Shown: in pieces, positions 14,294 through 26,545 of the stretch
Layout: each line of letters starts with the position of its first letter
Position numbering within the stretch: position 1 is the first letter of the stretch
Source of the DNA: Octopus vulgaris
Taxonomy: Eukaryota
Assembly (NCBI GenBank): GCA_951406725.2
Contig: OX597823.1
Coordinates: forward strand, 108,810,001 to 108,874,000
Length of the DNA stretch: 64,000 nucleotides
Direction of reading: 5' to 3'
Notes under the pieces: generated by a model
What the model was told of the DNA's origin: nothing
Databases searched by the model: none
Seen by the model: the letters and a program-made list of their open reading frames with translations, nothing else
Position numbers and translations under genes: made by a program

Positions 14294-14698
14294 GTAGAAA
14301 AAGAATATATGTACATTTATAAAAATATTAACCAAACTCAGTTTATTAGACCGTGTGGAAAAAAGAAACAGTGTCAATGTTTCGAGCAAAAGCCCTTTTT
14401 CCAGTTAGGGGTAAAATAACATTTAAAAAATCTGAACAGGTAGTTTATACGCCTGTTTTTAAAGACTTATTTCGATCTGTTTCTAAGATAAATTTAGACA
14501 TTTAGAGGAATTCAAGCAAGTGGCATCTCTGTGCGGGAATAATCAGGTAAAGTTTTTTGCCAGTGATTCATAAACTGATACAGATTAATTACAAGATGAG
14601 GAGAAACAGTGTCTTCCAAAGAATTAAGAGGCGGTCGCATGCAATTTTGAATATTTCTGTAGTCCAGAAGTGTTTAGTAGTGTTTGTAGTATTGGTAT

Positions 14699-15117
14699 TA
14701 CTCTCTCTTTTACTCTTTTACTTGTTTCAGTCATTTGACTGCGGCCATGCTGGAGCACCGCCTTTAGTCGAGCAAATCGACCCCGGGACTTATTCTTTGT
14801 AAGCCCAGTACTTATTCTATCGGTCTCTTTTGCCGAACTGCTAAGTGACGGGGACGTAAACACACCAGCATCGGTTGTCAAGCAATGCTAGGGGGACAAA
14901 CACAGACACACAAATATACATACACACACACACACACACTTATATATATAGATATATACGACAGGCTTCTTTCAGTTTCCGTCAACCAAATCCACTCACA
15001 AGGCATTGGTCGGCCCGGGGCTATAGCAGAAGACACTTGCCCAAGATGCCACGCAGTGGGACTGAACCCGGAACCATGTGGTTGGTTAGCAAGCTACTTA
15101 CCACACAGCCACTCCTG
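14699..15117 (-). mobile_element. SINE family A, near full length
   Basis: Near-consensus copy. Confidence 0.92.
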
Positions 15118-15449
15118 TATAACGAAGGAATTTAAGGAACGCTGTTTCGGCCTCTCATTATAGCGTTTGTTCGTCAGTAAATATTTGACTGTTTAGATTT
15201 CCTTTGGGTAAGGTTGAAAATAAGTGTGTCCTCATAAATATGTGAGCAGTTCTTCTTGTAAATATGATCACATGACAAGATTTAAGTACTGTGGTTATAT
15301 GTGTATACCAAAACAGTATTATACACATCTACATACACATACATACACACTCATACGCACACACACAAATGCACAGGCACACGTATAAATGCATACACAC
15401 AGCTCTTAAGAAATGATAAACAATCAATGTATCAATAAGATCTAATTAT

Positions 15450-15660
15450 TTCTACAATAATCACAAGGCTTGAAACTTTAAGGGAGGGGGCTTGTCGATT
15501 TCATTGACCCAAGTACTTCACTGGTACCTGTTTTATCAATTCCGAAAGGATGAAAGGCAAAGTTGACCTCGATGGAACTTGACCTCAGAACATAAAGACG
15601 GACGAAATGCCGCTTAGCATTTTACCCGGCTCATCAGCGATTCTACCAGTTGACTGTCTT
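15450..15660 (-). mobile_element. SINE family B
   Basis: GAAAGGATGAAAGGCAAAGTTGACCTCG core and tRNA-like head on the minus strand. Confidence 0.8.
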
Positions 15661-15893
15661 ACTACGATAAAACATAACGAAACAAATCAACAAGCGATTA
15701 GGAATCGATAAAATTGTAACAACGAAACTATAGAAATTAACGTTGCTTTTTAACATGGCGGAAGGAATATATTCACTCGCAGATAAATTTACCTTGTTAC
15801 AGACTCCTTGGGAATAGAATTTCAGTTCTAACTTTCACGTTTCCACCTTTTTACACTATTCTATTTTTATTTCTTAATTTTCTTACCTCCTTA

Positions 15894-16145
<252 letters not shown>

Positions 16146-16547
16146 CAGAGAGAGAGAGAGAGGGATAGACAGACGGACAGAGATGAAATGGATGTGGACA
16201 TGCATGCGTGTATTTGTATTAAGACACCTAACAGTATTGAAATATAACACTGACTATCAAAGGCTACATCTAAATCCAAGTCTCTTATGGGATTTGTGAA
16301 CAGATAACCATATTTATATAAGTGCTTTGTGAGTGTGAGTATATATTTGTGTGTATGGGTGTGTGGGGGAATGCATGTATGTATGAGTCTGTGTGAGATT
16401 ATGTGTTTGTGAGATTATACTTTTGTGTATAAAAGCTCGTATGGACATATGGAAAATGAAAAACATTACACATAAAAATAAGAAATATTTTTTTAATAAG
16501 AAATTTCAAATAGAAATTTCACACATGTACACACAGTCAAACGCATG

Positions 16548-16587
<40 letters not shown>

Positions 16588-16749
16588 TTTGCTAATAACG
16601 ATGATCTATTTGAAGTGAATTGTAATATGACGACTGACGCTGAATTATAAATTTTAATCATTAGGAATTACATTTCTGTGGCTGCCATTTTGAACATCGA
16701 TTCCTTCGTATTGTCATTGTATGTATATTATGACTTTGACATAAGTGTG

Positions 16750-16920
16750 TGTTTTAAAGGGCGGCCGTTATTATTTCTGTTATTTTTATTATACCTCAAC
16801 TGGGCTGCTGAAGACAATTCTTTGGATATGCTTATGTGCGCAACATTCTTGACAAAGGAGGGATTTAATCCTCTTGAAATCTCTGATTATTTGTAGCCAA
16901 GGCTACTAAGTTGAGTGAGT
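16750..16920 (+). pseudogene. Possible mariner 5' remnant
   Basis: FLTKEGFNPLEISDYL resembles the mariner N-terminal FLxxEGxxPxEI motif; weak evidence. Confidence 0.3.
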
Positions 16921-16949
16921 GATACGGACAAAATTATACACGTGCATTC

Positions 16950-17055
<106 letters not shown>

Positions 17056-17093
17056 ATATATGTATATATATATTGGATCTTTCCTTTTCCTAT

Positions 17094-17128
17094 GTTTCTG
17101 ATGAAGAGCTCCGCTCGAAACGTTAAAT
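17094..17128 (+). ncRNA. Minimal type I hammerhead ribozyme motif in a Penelope-like terminal fragment (~17073-17217)
   Basis: gttt-CTGATGA-a-GAGC-tcc-GCTC-GAAA-CGT-T-aaat. Canonical core, 4-bp helix II, palindromic AACGTT helix III and a short helix I. Confidence 0.8.
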
Positions 17129-17216
17129 CCTCCTTCTTTTTTTTCTTTCATGAGCGTTCAACAACACTATACTTGTTCCATGTCCTCGCGTTATTTTTTC
17201 TCTGTTGGATTAACTA

Positions 17217-17251
<35 letters not shown>

Positions 17252-17358
17252 TGTTATATTTCGGAACGGTCATTTCGTTTTTGCCAAATAAACACACGCA
17301 CTATATATTCGTTCTTCACTCGTTTATTGCTGCTCTTATTTTATCTTATGTCCATTGT

Positions 17359-17398
17359 CTGGAAATCTTTCGTCACACATCTGTGACCTCCTCAGCGA
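17359..17398 (-). ncRNA. Minimal hammerhead motif in a second terminal fragment (~17250-17440)
   Basis: Minus strand reads CTGAGGA-g-GTCACA-gatg-TGTGAC-GAAA-GATTTC-cag. 6-bp helix II; helix I is imperfect. Confidence 0.65.
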
Positions 17399-17476
17399 TC
17401 CTTTCCGTTCACGTGCATCTTTCTGTTATGCTTAGTTGATTTTCTTCTCTCTCTGTGTGTGTGTGTGTGTATATAT

Positions 17477-17839
17477 ACTCTCTTTTACTCTCTTTTACTT
17501 GTTTCAGTCATTTGACTGCGGCCATGCTGGAGCACCACCTTTTAGTACTTATTCTATCGGTCTCTTTTTGCCGAACCGCTAAGTGACGGGGACGTAAACA
17601 CACCAGCATCGGTTGTCAAGCAATGCTAGGGAGACAAACACAGACACACAAACACACACACATATACACATATATACATATATACGACAGGCTTCTTTCA
17701 GTTTCCGTCTACCAAATCCACTCACAAGGCTTTGGTCGGCCCGGGACTATAGCAGAAGACACTTGCCCAAGATGCCACGCAGTGGGACTGAACCCGCAAC
17801 CGTGTGGTTGGTTAGCAAACTACTTACCACACAGCCACT

Positions 17840-17842
<3 letters not shown>
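17477..17842 (-). mobile_element. SINE family A with internal deletion
   Basis: Family A match. Confidence 0.9.
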
Positions 17843-17899
<57 letters not shown>

Positions 17900-17907
17900 T
17901 GCATGTT

Positions 17908-17956
<49 letters not shown>

Positions 17957-18054
17957 GTACATGCATGTTTGCATATATATATATATAAACATGCATGTAC
18001 ATATATGCATAGATGCATACATGCACACACACAGAAACACAAATTTACCTTTTA

Positions 18055-18408
18055 ACATTTACTTGTTCGAATCAATGAACTGCGGCCATACAGGGGCATC
18101 ACTTTAAAAGATTTAGTCTAACAAATTAATTGCAATACTTATTTTTAAAACCAAGTATTATTGTGTTGCTCTGTTTTGCCGAGCCGCCAGGTTATTGGGA
18201 CGTAAACAAACGAATTCCGGTTGTCAAGCATGGTGATGGAAAGCACAAATTTAGACACACACATACATAAACAGCCGGCTTCCACAAGGTTTCTGTCTAC
18301 CAAATTCATGCACGTGGCATTGGTCAACACAGGGGCTATATCGAAAAACTCCCATTGTGCCAAGCAGTGAAACCGAAACCACGTCACCATATAACCATAC
18401 CTGCGCCT
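18055..18408 (-). mobile_element. Old diverged SINE family A copy
   Basis: Colinear degenerate match ending CCTGCGCCT. Confidence 0.7.
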
Positions 18409-18629
18409 ATAAAGCCACACACACATACCATGAAATTAACCCTCATGGGCTATTATAATCATTACAACTAGTCCTTCCTCCCCAGAATGTCAACACACTG
18501 GAATTTTTCTCCATGCCAGACTTTTTCTCTGCAACCAAACATCGAACAGCCATCTCTATAGAACTATTCGTGAGAAACATTAACAGTACAGATTTCACTG
18601 GTCTCGGAGCGCCCGACAACGCTCAGAGC

Positions 18630-19343
18630 CAGGGTCAGCTCAAGGTACCAGCAACTCGGGCAGTCGTCCGGGGCGTGAAATTTTTTCCCACGCGAGTTCC
18701 GGACCCCAGTTATGAACTCATTTGCATACAGCCAATCAAAGCTCAACTACCAAATTAATTTATGTGCGCATAACAAGCGATGGGCGATAAGATAAGGTCA
18801 CTTGGGTAAGGAACGACCATGCTTCTTTTCTCTTTGGATAATGCTTGTTGTTCTTGTTCTTGTTTTAACCATGACTGCCTCTGTGTAGTTATTTGTGTTG
18901 TTGTAAAACAGTAAGAGGAGAGAGTTGCTAGCTCATCACTCTCTACTCACATTTCTCCCATCCACATCTTTACCATATGGGGCCCCTAACAAAATCTGAT
19001 AACTGGTATAGATGCAAATCTATCTAATTCCTTGTCTCCTAAAATCAGGCATAACTTGACGATTAGTCGACTTACAACACTGTTTTTCGTCTTGAGTTTA
19101 CTTGGTAGAATGTGTTTGTTAACTTGACAACAAGATCAAGGTGAGCTCTGATTGGCTATATGCAAATGCGTTTATTACTTGGGTCCGGAACTCACGTGGG
19201 AAAAAAATTTCGCGCCCGGGGCGCCATGTGCTAGGGGGTGACCAGGAGGGCGTGACAAAGACAAAGAAATGTCCACGACCGCCAACATGTACACGCCGAA
19301 GTTTAGCTTCCCCGGGGAGCCAGCAACCCTAGTGCCGGCCCTG
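18630..19343. mobile_element. Non-autonomous hAT element (MITE)
   Basis: Termini CAGGGTCAGC and GCCGGCCCTG (CAGGGCCGGC-type TIR). Perfect 8-bp TSD CTCAGAGC at 18622-18629 and 19344-19351. Subterminal inverted repeats of ~78 bp. Confidence 0.92.
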
Positions 19344-19839
19344 CTCAGAGCAAAGGTCTCATTCTCAAGACTCTATCAATACAAAGCAAAGCGTAAGAAA
19401 TCATTATTCAGGGACGTCACATCACTATCCACAGCTCACGCTGCTTTCCTCTGACCCCGCCCATTTTTCTCAAGAAAACAGTTCGATTAGTTGCATTGAT
19501 AATCAGGATTGTTGTTGTTGACGTCATAGCTTTATGTTATTGTTGCTCTTGTAGGTGTTGTTGTTATCAACCATACTAAGTAAATCCTTATCCGAACTAC
19601 TTTATATTTGCTTTCAAAGACGTTTCAGGTAAAAAAAGGAAAACTCTTTTAAGTTTCTTCTACCAATCTGTGTGTGTGTGTGTGTGTGTGTGTGTGCATG
19701 CATATGCAGACACACATACACGTGCACTACTAACACATACATATATATTCTGTTTCCACCTTTCTTTTCTCCTCCACTCTCTTTCTCGTTCTCTGTATAT
19801 AAATATGTAAACATGCTTACTTCATACATATAAGCATAC

Positions 19840-19951
19840 CTAGCTACCTACCTAGCTACCTACCTACCTACCTACCTACCTACCTACCTACCTACCTACC
19901 TACCTACCTACCTACCTACCTACCTACCTACCTACCAACCTACCTACCTAC
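19840..19951. repeat. (CCTA)n microsatellite
   Basis: Directly visible. Confidence 0.95.
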
Positions 19952-20017
19952 TTTCCGACCTACACGCATGCATATATATTTCTTTACTACCCACAAGGAG
20001 CTAAACACATGCAAAAA

Positions 20018-20055
20018 CTGTCCGATGAACGGCAACGGGAAACTCAGAGTAACAG
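20018..20055 (+). ncRNA. Minimal hammerhead motif with variant core CCGAUGA, in a terminal fragment (~20012-20160)
   Basis: CTGT-CCGATGA-a-CG-gcaa-CG-g-GAAA-CTC-a-GAG-TA-ACAG. Helix I CTGT/ACAG, GNRA-capped helix II, helix III ACTC/GAGT and a GUA cleavage triplet. Confidence 0.65.
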
Positions 20056-20163
20056 ATTTTGTTGAATTTTCTGCTGCTTTAAATAAAGCATATTACTGTA
20101 CCACTGGTATTTGAGTACTCTTTTTTCCACCTTGTTTCACATTTATGTGTTTACTCCGGTATA

Positions 20164-20201
<38 letters not shown>

Positions 20202-20263
20202 AATATTTTGCGTAATAAGATAAAAAACCAGGGCTGTGTAGATAGAGCATTTATAGCCAGAAG

Positions 20264-20315
20264 GTCTTACAGCTGTTTCTAGGATATTTATTAATCATAT
20301 CCCTTCATCGGAGAC
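20264..20315 (-). ncRNA. Minimal hammerhead motif with variant core CCGAUGA, in a Penelope-like fragment (~20200-20635)
   Basis: Minus strand reads GTCT-CCGATGA-a-GGGATAT-gattaataa-ATATCCT-a-GAAA-CAGCTG-TA-AGAC. Helix I GTCT/AGAC, 7-bp helix II, palindromic ACAGCTGT helix III and a GUA site. Confidence 0.72.
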
Positions 20316-20641
20316 GGTGTGAGAGGATGGTTAAGTCATAGTTAGTTTAGATGTGATGCAAAATAGCGATTGAGGTGGAGGAAAGAAAATAGTTGTAAAT
20401 CCATTTTTTAGGCATAATGGTATATATGCAATATTCCAATATTCTATGAGTAAATTCCAAAAGTTCAACAGTGTTCAAAATAGCTCCTTCCACGTATAGA
20501 GTTTATACGCAATGTAAGATTCCCTTATGAGAGAGATCCAGCACATTTTTAAACTTGGTCATTCTATGGTCTGTCTATAACACTTATTCAGCATTACCTG
20601 ACACCTTTGGGTTTCAATGACCCCATTATCTTTAACATATA

Positions 20642-21146
20642 TCTATATATATAAAACTCTAGTTGTGTGAGTGTCTGTCCCCTTCGATTTAGATTCCTAA
20701 CTCCTCCCACATTTTGCGGTGCAGTTTAACCAAATTCGGGTATCTTATAGTCGTGATTCATATCGAGCCCGTCTGACTATTAGCGCGCGTCAACGATGAG
20801 TCTACGATTTTAAAAATAATTTAACATCATTTTTTATTCCATTTTAATGCATAAAATGCATCGTATGTCGATGGCGGCGGAGTTGGCGTCCACGCTCACA
20901 GCTGCACCTGTTTGCTTCTCCCCCTTCCCTCCCTCGTGAAGCTGTGGGGAAGGGAGTGTAAAGAAATCAACGTCGTAATGCGTTGTCAAGGAAACCAGCG
21001 TTCTTTTAGAACAACGACTTCATGGCTTGAAGACACCAAAACAAAAATGGCTAAGAAAGCCCGAATTTATAAGGGAAGTAACTCTCTAAAAATGCTTATA
21101 TAGTTATTTCCTTACAAACCCGAGCAACGCCGGGCGATACTGCTAG
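20642..21146 (+). mobile_element. Non-autonomous Helitron, copy 1
   Basis: 5' TC, 3' hairpin CCCGAGCAACGCCGGG followed by CTAG; inserted between A and T with no TSD. Confidence 0.88.
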
Positions 21147-21158
21147 TATATATATATA

Positions 21159-21552
21159 TCTTTATATATAAAAGTAAGGTTGTGTGTCTGTCTCCTACGA
21201 TTTAGATTCCTAAATACTCCCACATTTTGCGGTGCAGTGTAACCAAAACCGGGTATCTTATAGTCGTGATTCATATCGAGCCCTTCTGGGTATTAACGCG
21301 CGTCTACGATGAGTCTACGGTTTTAAAAAAAATTTACCATCATTTTTTCCGTTTTAATGCATTTTTTCGCTATTATATAAGGGAAGTAACTCTCTAAAAA
21401 ATGTCTACGATGAGTCAACGATTAAAAAAATTACCATAATTTTTTTTCCATTTTTAATGCATTTTTTTTCTATTTTTTGGCTATAACTCTCTAAAAATGC
21501 TTATATAGTTATTTCCCTTACAAACCCGAGCAACGCCAGGCGATACTGCTAG
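21159..21552 (+). mobile_element. Non-autonomous Helitron, copy 2 (head-to-tail with copy 1)
   Basis: Same 5' TC region, 3' hairpin and CTAG. Confidence 0.88.
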
Positions 21553-22146
21553 CATATATATATGTATAATATATATGAGTATGTGTGCGTGTGCTTCTTT
21601 CCATCTTGATTAAGGCATTGGGCTGCAGAGTTGCTTGGGTGTCGCCTCCAAGATTTGCTTTTGTCTACCACAACGACCAAGTATTTATTTCAGTCGGGAG
21701 CTTATTTTATCGATCTATATTGTCATAGAGTAGCTAAGTTATGACTCTGACAAAATTACGATTTTTAACCGGCGGTATCGTGTGGAACCTTTAAAATACA
21801 TAAAGACAACACATTCACACACAGTCACACACAGTCACACACACATGTTTATATGCATAGAAAATATAATACATAAATCGTGTGCTTATAGCGGATTCCA
21901 TACTGAATGCACGAAAGACTAAACTCATTGATAGTCTTCGTTAAAATAGCAGTTTTATGAATCCTAAGCTAATAATATGGAATACCAGTATTTAAGTAGC
22001 ATTGAACAGCCTGCTTATAAAATAATAAAATTGACTTTGTCACTGAAACACACTCATATCTGCATTTAATTGGTATTTAATTTCCTAGCAATTTTTCTTT
22101 GCTCTTGTGAATTTTGCGTTCATATCTGTATATGTTTGCACATATA

Positions 22147-22655
22147 CCGTAAATCCTCGAATATAATCCACATTTTTTCCCAAAATTTAAATGTCAAAAT
22201 ACCTAGTGCGTATTATATACGAGGTTAAAAATGAAAACTATTTTCTAAGCAATGTCCGAGTCTCTATTTGCTGTCCGGCAATGTTTATTCAGACGCATTT
22301 TGTGAAAATACCTTAAGCTAAGCCTGAAAGCAATGAAGTCATAAAAGAATCATCCATAATTTGCAGTAAGCAACATTTATTAAAATAAAAGTATTCGGAA
22401 CACAGAATAACATGTAACAAAAACAATTTGCAAACATATTTACATTCCCATATAACAGCTAAGAACATCACCATTATTGTATTACGCATGCGCAGAAGTG
22501 TTTGTTCGACTAGGTGCTGCTGGCTTAATTAGGCACGGCTCAAGTTAGAGAAGGGATGCGTAATATACACAAGGTTTAGGTTTTTCAGAGGTACAGCCCC
22601 CTAAGAATCTCCTGCATATTATATTCAAGGGCGGGCTATACTCGAGGAGTTACGG
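22147..22655. mobile_element. Tc2/pogo-like MITE (TcMar), copy 1
   Basis: TIR CCGTAAATCCTCGARTATAATCC..., flanked by TA on both sides; second copy at 60740-61168. Confidence 0.88.
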
Positions 22656-23049
22656 TATATATACGAATGCATTATTTAGTCCATCATAGTGTATTGAGCC
22701 TTGTGTCGATTATACAAAGATGCACACTCATGTATTCTACGTGTTATTCGTTATTTAGAATAAAACAAAGAAGAATCATTCACGATAGTACTCAATGCAC
22801 AAAACTAGAGTTTATATCGCAGAATGCAGGTATTCACGAGAAGACGCATTACCAGATAGACTGTCTGAGAAAAAGGTCGACAGATACCTGATAAGAGTGA
22901 TGCATGATGTTCAGCACAGTTTCCTTGAAGTCGCTTACCCGAGAACATCATGAGCACTGTCGCTCGAGTAAATCGGAAGCCAAATTGGATTTCTGGTAAA
23001 ATTATGTTCGATATCACGCATGAGAGGCTTTAGCATTACTCACAAAAGC

Positions 23050-24690
23050 AATGTAGCCGCAGGTTCTAACAGAGTGATACCACGGAAATTGTCCTTTGAA
23101 AAACCAAAAATGTTACAGTTGTCGAAAATCTGGACATAAAAGTTCACACAGTAAAACAAAAGTACAAAAGTCAAATGTAAAAAAAATGAAAGTGCTCTCA
23201 GCTGAAAGTAAAATCGATTCCCAAATAAGAGAATTTGTACACGTAAAAATAAACAGAAAATATATTAATTTACAACTGGATACTGGTAGTGACATTTCAA
23301 TCATTAACACCGACGCATGGCAGAAAATAGCGAAACCTATGTTAAGAGAAACATCGAAAACTGCACGTGGCGTGACAGGTGATGCACTAAACTTTATAAT
23401 GCCACATTTCGAGGAAAAACTTGCAAGGCGAAAGTTTTCATCGTAAAGAACGCAACGAACCTGTTTGGTACCGACAGGCTGGAGTTATTTAACTCATGGG
23501 ATCTCCCCCTAGGTCTCCATTGCAAAAACATAATTGGTTGTCCCTCTAAAAATAAGCCGTCTGAGGAATTGAAGAGAAAATTAAATGTTTCCTCGGTTAC
23601 TATCGGATGAGTTAGGTCTATGTAAAAAGACTGAAGCGTGTTTTCCTTTAAAGGGAAACTTTGTGCCAGTATTCAAATCCAATAGAAAGTGCCGTTCGCT
23701 GCAATAAAAAACGTAGATGAAGAGTTAAACAGACTGGAAAATGTAGGATTATTTAAAAAGTGGATTACTCTGAATGGGCAGCTATTACTGTGTGTCTATA
23801 TATAAAAAAGACAAAATTAGGCTGAGTACCGATTTTTCTACTGGTCTGAATGACGGTTTAAAGACCTGTCACTATCCAGTTCCTACTCCAAACGATTTTT
23901 TTGCAAAATGTAATAGTGCGAAAATATTCTAGAAATTGGATTTGTCTGTGGCGTATCTGCAAATAAAGGTTGAATAGGAGTGCTCAAAACTTCTAACAGT
24001 AAATACAAACAGAGGATTGTAGAAATATAATAGATTGCCTTTTGGTCTGAATGTCGCACCAGCAATATTTCAATATGGATACGATGTTGGCGGACTTTCA
24101 ATTCGCAATTCCATACCTGAACGACATATAGATTAAAAGTAATTCGCGTGATCAGCATGTTAAGTATATAAGAGCTGTGTTTGAAAATAATAAGAGGCTA
24201 TGAGTTCACTCTGAGTGAGGAGAAATGTGAGTTCCTTTTGCCAAAAATCAAATTCTTAGGGCAAATCTCTATATAAAGCTGAAGTTGTCTGTGTATGGCA
24301 GGTTTGGTAGCTTTCAACTAACACTATCTCCTCCAAGTTGACCAAAATTGAGAGTATGATAGAAGTAGGCTTGTTCAAATCGGACCATGTTAACACCAAA
24401 AATTATTTACATAAAAAAGTGCTTTTTTTCTATAAAAATCCTATTTTTTACGATTTTCTTACTGCTGTGTCGCCATATTTCGGTGTATTTCAACCAGAAA
24501 ATTGTTTACTTAAAGAGAATAACAAGCTACATAATGCAAAAGTTTTACTTTTCAAAAATTCTAATTCTAAAGGGTCGAAACAAACCCGAGCAACTCCGGA
24601 AAATACTGCTAGTTATTGATAAAAATGAAAGACCTTATGACCCGTCGAGGGCAGACACAGTGAAAGATATGCTTCCCCAACATAACGGTT
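23050..24690 (+). pseudogene. Decayed Gypsy/Ty3 LTR retrotransposon gag-pol (zinc knuckle, protease, RT)
   Basis: CYSCRKSGHK knuckle, LQLDTGSDISII aspartic protease, and RT motifs KLDLSVAYLQI, YNRLPFGLNVAPAIFQ, YLNDI and FLGQIIDKN. Many frameshifts and stops; interrupted by a Helitron. Confidence 0.9.
24266..24612 (+). mobile_element. Non-autonomous Helitron nested in the Gypsy RT
   Basis: 5' TC, 3' ACCCGAGCAACTCCGG hairpin then CTAG. Removing it restores the host frame TTC TTA GGG CAA A^TT ATT GAT AAA (FLGQIIDK). Confidence 0.9.
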
Positions 24691-25516
24691 AGTTCGTTTG
24701 GAATATTGATTGTTAGTTCGTGAAGAGATTATTGGATACAACTGCATCGTTATCTTGTTCACTGTTACTACACTGCTACAGTGTATCTAAACCATCCGTC
24801 ACAATATCGTGGCGATAACACGACATTTGGAGACGGAGGATACAAGAGTTTTTCTTTTGATTCCCAGAAGAGTGGTGCCCACATCGTATATACCAGACTA
24901 TTGAAATTTCTCTAAGTTCCATCAAAACTGTTATCATTAACTTGTTTTAGATTGAGTTTATTTATCGACATCATTTTGATGGTTTTACACTTGTCATATG
25001 AATCTTTTTACGAATACGAAATTGGAATTTAGCCTGTATTAGGTAATGGTCACTGTCGCAGTCTGCGCTTTATAAGACACGTAGATTGTAGACGTCTTGA
25101 ATATCTGACTTTCGAATGAGGATTAAACCAATCAAGTGTCTTTGCTTTGATCGTGAATATGTCCATGATTTTTATGTCTTAATTTGTACCAAATAATGGT
25201 CTACAAATGTTCAGAGCCAAGTTTAAGTAGGGGCAATCCATCACTATTCTCGTTACCAATATCATGGCAACTAAATGAACTCTAAATTTCAAACTGTCTA
25301 CCCAGAAGAACGCCAAAAAATCTCACAGAATAATAATTTTTTACGAGTTGGTTTACAAGAAATGGTATTTCTGAGCAACTCACAGGATGATAAGACTATA
25401 TCCTCGATAACCTGAAGAATAGAGACATAACGATATCTATACACGCATCTATCTATTTATCTCTCTCTGTCTCTGTACATACATACATAAATACACACAT
25501 ACATACATACATGCAC

Positions 25517-25549
<33 letters not shown>

Positions 25550-25561
25550 CACGCATGCACG

Positions 25562-25621
<60 letters not shown>

Positions 25622-25639
25622 CATATATATATATATATA

Positions 25640-26085
25640 TCTTATTATAAAAGGCAGATTTTATCTGCCTTCCTTTGGGAGTTATACAAATCTACAATAT
25701 AGGATTTCTTCAATTACAATTTACCTAGCAGTTTTAAGAGTACAATGCATCGCGTCATGCCAGGTCCAGTTTTTAAAATTTAAACTCCAATTAAGCAAAA
25801 TTTACAGAAAACTCACATTCTGGTGTGTGTGTCAAATGCTTTTCTTAGTCTGGTTTACACCACACGCAAACGCACACACACAGTGGGCAACGAATAAAGT
25901 GAAACTAGATGTAATATTTGTTTCTCTCTATCACGCTGATAGATACATGAGTAAAATGTATGGGAAGCTAACACATAAGTGTGAGTGAAAATGTTCTTGG
26001 AAGAGAGTAAATAGCCAGATATAGTGATTTGAGGAAGACTTGACTTTACATTAAATAACCGTAGTGGCTTGTGTTAGTAATAAAG
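25640..26085 (+). mobile_element. Probable interspersed repeat with a Helitron-like 5' end
   Basis: Begins A^TCTTATTATAAAAG within a TA tract; no clear 3' CTAG hairpin. Confidence 0.35.
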
Positions 26086-26132
26086 TAAACATACACTCAT
26101 ACATACATACATACATACATACATACATACAT

Positions 26133-26165
<33 letters not shown>

Positions 26166-26497
26166 TACATACATACACACACACATACATACATACACAC
26201 ATACATACATACATACATATACATACATACATATACATACATACATACACACACACACACATACACACACACACAGTATTGAAGCTTGAGAACAATCAGA
26301 TACATTTGCAACACATCTGTTGAAAATATTATTGTTCACACACATACATATACATATATACATACAGACAGACAGACAGATAGACACACACACACACACA
26401 CACATGATCCAGCATGGCCACAACCTCAAGGCTGAAACATATAAAAGAATAACAGAATATAAATGTGTGCATGTGTGTGAGAGAGAGAGTGTGTGTG

Positions 26498-26529
<32 letters not shown>

Positions 26530-26545
26530 TGTATGTATATATATA

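Noticed and set aside
15140-15180. Minus-strand CTGACGA...GAAAC hammerhead-like remnant
   Set aside because: Helix II and helix I do not pair; at best a dead remnant.
24690-24830. Possible LTR end followed by a PBS-like TGGCGA
   Set aside because: No matching second LTR was found in the window.
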